DNA of 54,431 nucleotides, filler included, from Streblomastix strix (Eukaryota): NCBI GenBank assembly GCA_008636045.1. It is 3 parts of 3 records of this genome, joined end to end, with 100 filler letters (N's around TTAATTAATTAA, not from the genome) between each part and the next. Parts side by side here need not be neighbours in the genome. Positions count along the whole stretch, not along the records: positions 36,357 to 54,431 come from SNRW01000642.1; 2 more parts are not named here. One strand, given 5' to 3'. Below are positions 49,586 to 54,431 of the stretch, piece after piece. A model generated the notes under the pieces. That model was not told where the DNA came from. It did not search any database and saw only the letters and a list, made by a program, of their open reading frames with translations. The number at the start of each line of letters is the position of its first letter. The first letter of the stretch is position 1. A program made the position numbers and the translations under genes.

Positions 49586-52500
49586 TCATTCGATGACTAT
49601 GCAATCCTCTCCATCATCCTCTTTGACAGTATAGTTCTCTGATGAATAAATAAATAGTAAATATAATAAATATGTAGAAATAGCAAAAATAAGTAAATAA
49701 ATAAAATAAGTATATTTAAATTCAACATTTATCTCCTAATATTCATATATATATAACCATACCAGGGTTCTGCATAATCTCCTTCAAAGCTGCTCTGGCC
49801 TCTCTCTTCGTAAAAGCATCATCATCATTGTTAATAGACTTCAGATGTCCAATAATATCTGCCTTCATTTCTGCATCTTCAATCTCCTTCATTCTGTACA
49901 ATTTCCCCAAAGCCAAAGCAGAACGGTCTTTTGAGTACTTGTCTGCGCTCCTCTAGAACAGATTATATAACTTCTTTATTCCATCACACTCAACCATGGA
50001 TTAATAATGAGGATGCGTTTCAGTTTCTGGAACTGAACTTGATCCACCACAAACAATATTAAATACAGAAGCAACTGCATCATCAACAATCAGCTGGTTT
50101 TAGTGGTCAAATAATCTCATCAGACCTGGATAAGGTTATTTCTCATATAAGAGGATGAGTATATCTGTGCTGCATGGAGCTGTGAGATTGGCAAATGCAA
50201 CTGTCTGTGATCGAGTGACAAGTTTCAGATCGCGGTGCTCGAAGATGTTGATGAGGCCTTTGGATATGATAATTAAATGGATAAATAAATAAAATTAAAT
50301 AAATAATAATTAAACAATATCATAAATAATAAATAATAAAATGTCATTATTAAATAATATGATAATAATTAAATATAATAAAATGATATAATATAATTAA
50401 ATAAATTTAAAATATTTAATTTAACCTTCAACAATTCCTCCTTAAATAATCTACTTTCTTTTAACATCATTCCTCTTTCCCTATAAAGTAGAATTGATTG
50501 TCTCGCATCCTTATTCAACCATCTCTTAGAAATCTTGAACTTCTTCTTCGTTTTCTTCATTAATGGGTTTATTCATATCTTTTGCAATCTCCTACCAAGG
50601 AATGATCTTCCTTTTCTCTAGATCTTTCTCCTGTATGATTGTTGTAAGAAGACCTGATCTCTATTTATGCAACTATGATTAATACTCTCTGTGCTTTAAT
50701 ACTTCTTTTTGTTTCATTTCTTTGTTCTTTTCATTCTTAATATGTTCATCTTCTTCAAACTACAATTGTTCAGCTTCATTCAAATATTACTTCAGTAGAT
50801 TTTTCAGCTTTAAATTCTCTCTTTAAACAATCTTGCATTCTCCTTATAACTGACCTCTCTATAATTCAGCTTCTTTTCTTCTGATTTCTTCTTAATTTGC
50901 TCTTCCTTATTCTTTCTCTGCTATATATCTTTGATTATTCAATTCTCCTTATTATACTATCAATTCATGCTCAATTTATGCATTATCCTTCTCTAATACT
51001 ATTTTTTGTTCATATCTGTTGTCTTCATTGATCTGATCATTAAGTTGCGCTTCACGATTCTTTGGAGTTGAGATTTGCAATGTTGGTTGTGAATCAGATT
51101 ATTGTTATTATTATTATTATTTCTATAGAGGAGTTAGTATATTTGTATTATTATTCTAAATGTTTGGAGTTTCATTCAAGTTATAATTCTAATTGATCTG
51201 TGTATTTATTAAATCAATAGGCGTCAATAGAGGAATAGAAGATCCATTATTATTCACTTCCTAATTCAAATTTATATTCAAATAACTCTCAGTCCATAAA
51301 AGCCTTTAATTTATTCTTTCTTATTCCTTATGAGCACACTGTACTTACAAAGCAAATTTTGTAACCTCCAACATCTGCAACTTAATTTATCTTTCAACAT
51401 CTCTTCTTTTCGAGATCTCATTATCTCTTTACTCAATAATCAATTTCTAATCTTATATGACTTTTATTTTATCTTCTTCTTCCATCATCTGTTTAATTTG
51501 TGCTGTGATTCTTCTTCTTTCTTCTTCAGTTTGTTTAATTCGCTCATCTTTGGCTATTTTGATCTGTTTTTTAATCTCATCTTTCTCGATTTTGAGGAGA
51601 TTTTCAGCGATTCTTCTTTTCTCTTTCTCTGAATCAATACTGGATTCTAAATTTTCAATTTTCTTTTGGTTTTCATCCAAAATTATTTCTTTTTCTTTCA
51701 ATTTTGGTGCTAAGCTCATAATTTCGCTTATTTTGCTCTGTTCGTCTTCAATTCTCGTCTTCAGCTTCTCTGAATCAATCTCATTCTCAGCTAAAAGACC
51801 ATTTAGCTTTACATTCTCAAATTCAGCGATTCTTCTCTGTTCTTTCTCTAATTCATACAAATCATTCAATCTTTAGATCTCCAATTCATATCTCTCAATT
51901 ACTAATAGTTTCTCTTCCTATAATATTTTAATCTGATTGTCTCGATCCAATCTTCTGTCCAGTTCTTCGTAGTATTTCCGCTTCCAATCTTCATTTTCAT
52001 TGAATTCTTTTAAACGAGCTGATTTCTCTTATTCCATCAATTAATTCAATCTTTCATTTTAAAGTTTAAATTCTCTTAATTCAGATTCAACTGCATCTGC
52101 TCTGCTTTATTCTTGATCTCTTTCTTCTTTCCATCTTTTTTATTGATCTTCTGATTCTCTGCGCAAATCAGTTTGTTCTTTTTCTGATTATTTCAACTTA
52201 TCAATTTCAGTCATTTTGAAAATCAGCTCTTCTTTTAATTTCTTTATTTCTGCATATAGAAGCTGAATCTTCTTTGAAATGTTTTGTGAATACTACTTTT
52301 CTTTCTTATTTTCAGAATTAGATCGATCGAGTTCCTCTTGTAAAGGAATAAGTTTCTCATTTATTCGATCTTCTTCACCAGCAATTTGAAGCTGGAGATT
52401 CAATTTGTCTCTTTCAAGTTATTCCAGCTCTTCTTATAGTGAGTCAATTATAGCGAATTGGCGTTTGTTGTTTCTATTCAGTCTTTTCAAGCCTTTCAAT

Positions 52501-53488
52501 TCAAAGTACTGGAGAAGATTCTTCTTATTTGTCCTCCATTTGACGATATTGTCGTCTTCTTCATCTTCAATCTAAGGAATCTTTTATTTATCTTTTATAT
52601 GTAATGATTCAACAGATTTTGAGTTTGTCTTCAATTTCTGTTTGTTTTATTCATCTTCACTCAATCTCAAATTATCATCTTAATTTTCATCAGTATTTTC
52701 AGTTTTTTGTGTCTTTTCTGCATCAAATTAATCTTAATTCTCTTCTCCATTATTTAATTCATTATTTGTCTGATCAGAAACATTATTCAACTTTCCTATC
52801 AATTCATCCTCATTTTTAACATCCATCACTTCCAATAGTTCATCAGCTTCAATTGGATCCCAATGACGAACTCCACCATCTGCCAATTCACGGAATACAT
52901 CAGTGATATTTAATAGGACGTGGTGTTATATAGTAATTAAATTCAATGATTCAAAAGAAGAGCTGGATGATGATGATGGTGAAGAAAATGAAGAAGAAGA
53001 AGAAGTTGCTTGGAGGATCTGTTACTGGGATATCTAAGGTTGTATATCCATGTCGTGTATCACTTTTGCGGCTCGGCCGATGAAGCCCCCTCTTTTTTAA
53101 AGTAATAATCTGAAATCTTTTCTTTTTCTTATTCCTTCAGCTAACAGATTTCTGGCTAAATCGCTGTCATTTTTGAATGGAGACTAATTATATCATAGAA
53201 GAGAAATAATATTATAAAAGAAAATTTGTTATTAAATACCAAAAACATGTAATATAGTATTGCAAAATAAATCTCTAAAGATGCTTTAACACTCATATTT
53301 CCTGTTTATGCTGCTGAACACGCTATCAAGCTCGAATATGTGGCCTAATAAAAATTATGAAAAAATAATAAGAAAATAAAAAAATAGCGTATAAACTTCA
53401 AGATGAGTATTGGGCTTAGAGTCAAAAAAATATTTTGCAGTTTTCTCGATCGTTTTTCGGGCTAGATCAGGATTGTTGATAAGATCTC
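49586..53488 (-). CDS. Large ARM-like / long coiled-coil / C-terminal ARM-like module protein (first exon unresolved)
   Basis: The C-terminal exon GLINIFEHRDL...PYPGLMRLFDH...HPHYQSMVECDGIKKLYNLF...YSKDRSALALGKLYRMKEIEDAEMKADIIGHLK is homologous to the modules in 38093-40693. An E/K/Q/R-rich coiled-coil exon spans ~50430-53180. Ends DCIVIE-TGA. Confidence 0.75.
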
Positions 53489-54431
53489 CTATAAATTGAA
53501 TTTAATTAAATAATATAATATTTTTATAGGCATGTCTAATAAGCCATGAGAAGAAAGTCTTGGCTGGCTCAGCGGATTTGGGTTGGCTCAATAAAATTTA
53601 ATATATTGTTAAAGAAAAATTAAAAGTATATATATATTATTAATTGGCTATGATTTTATTGGAACTTTTAAGGTAAAAATTCATAAAAAATTAAGTAAAA
53701 AATTAGAACGGTTATGAAATGCACGAAACTTACACGAAAGTAATAAGTTATATTGCATCTTAAGAGGATAATTGATTCTGAATATAAAAAGTTATATATT
53801 CAGGGCTTGTTTAAGATAAAAATGATGTTTCGTAAAAATAAATTTCCTCTTTTTTATCCAGGCTATCGTGCAATAATTATAATTTAAATATTGGGTATCT
53901 GAACAAAATATGCATAAATTAAATTAATTAAATTTAAAATATAAGACATAAAATAAAGATAAACATAAAAATCAAGAAAAATTAAAATCAAATGTGCTAA
54001 ATGCTAATTGTGTGAATTAAGCAATAAAAATAATTCTTGATAGGTAATTTGAATAAGCCAGGACAAGAAAGATTTAGTTAAATTAACCAATCTTTCAGAA
54101 CATATATTTTTTATTTTTAACAGTATCTATTAGAAAATAATAATATTTATTTAATATAAATTTAAATTAAATAAATATTTAATTGAATGAAAATAAATAA
54201 TTGCAATATTATTCTAGATATTTCGATAAATTGATAATTTCTATAAATTAGTTAATTTCTGGCTCATGTGAATAAATTACTCAAATTTAACTTTATTAAT
54301 TTTATTACAATTGTTTATTTCTTTATTTTTGCATACAACTCTAATAAAATTCAAACAATAAATTAATTTTTATTATAGATTTTTAAGATTTTGTTGAAAA
54401 TTTTATCTTTTATTTATTAGACTTAAATATC

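Noticed and set aside
53500..53600. Possible non-canonical (GC) donor for the first exon of the 49586-53488 gene
   Set aside because: No GT or GC donor with a compatible phase and start codon could be fixed, so it was left unresolved.
1..54431. Most short ORFs in the supplied track (e.g. 2950-3189, 8830-9309, 46651-46923, 48827-49354, 51457-51876)
   Set aside because: They are antisense or off-frame shadows of real genes, or fragments produced by treating TAA/TAG as stops and ignoring introns.
1..54431. rRNA, tRNA, telomeric repeats, viral or retroelement ORFs
   Set aside because: None was recognisable by eye; a tRNAscan-SE/Infernal run would be needed to exclude small RNAs.

Overview
This is an AT-rich, intron-containing eukaryotic sequence read with a non-standard genetic code (TAA/TAG = Gln, TGA = stop). 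The supplied ORF track is therefore fragmented and mostly misleading. The code, intron style, anaerobe-type ferredoxin and expanded gene families point to an oxymonad such as Streblomastix strix (inference; no search was run). The window is three ~18 kb contigs joined by artificial N-TTAATTAATTAA-N spacers (1-18078, 18179-36256, 36357-54431). Contig 1 holds a SPRY-like gene end, a CK1/TTBK-family kinase ending in a CCVIL lipidation motif, and a divergently transcribed ~3,980-aa DDB1/SF3B3/CPSF160-type beta-propeller gene with an ~11.5 kb last exon. Contig 2 holds a bacterial-type histidine kinase with four spliceosomal introns, a PHO80-like cyclin, four paralogs of a lineage-specific helical family, a GC-rich inverted-motif element and degenerate gene remnants. 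Contig 3 holds an EFR1-type flavodoxin/2x[4Fe-4S] ferredoxin, several modular ARM-like/coiled-coil genes, a Cys-rich surface-protein gene, a 1.3 kb non-autonomous hAT-like transposon, a CxxC-repeat gene with in-frame TGA at Cys positions, and a small gene with a Q/P/G/Y-rich tail. All gene models were translated by hand; family calls rest on motif recognition.
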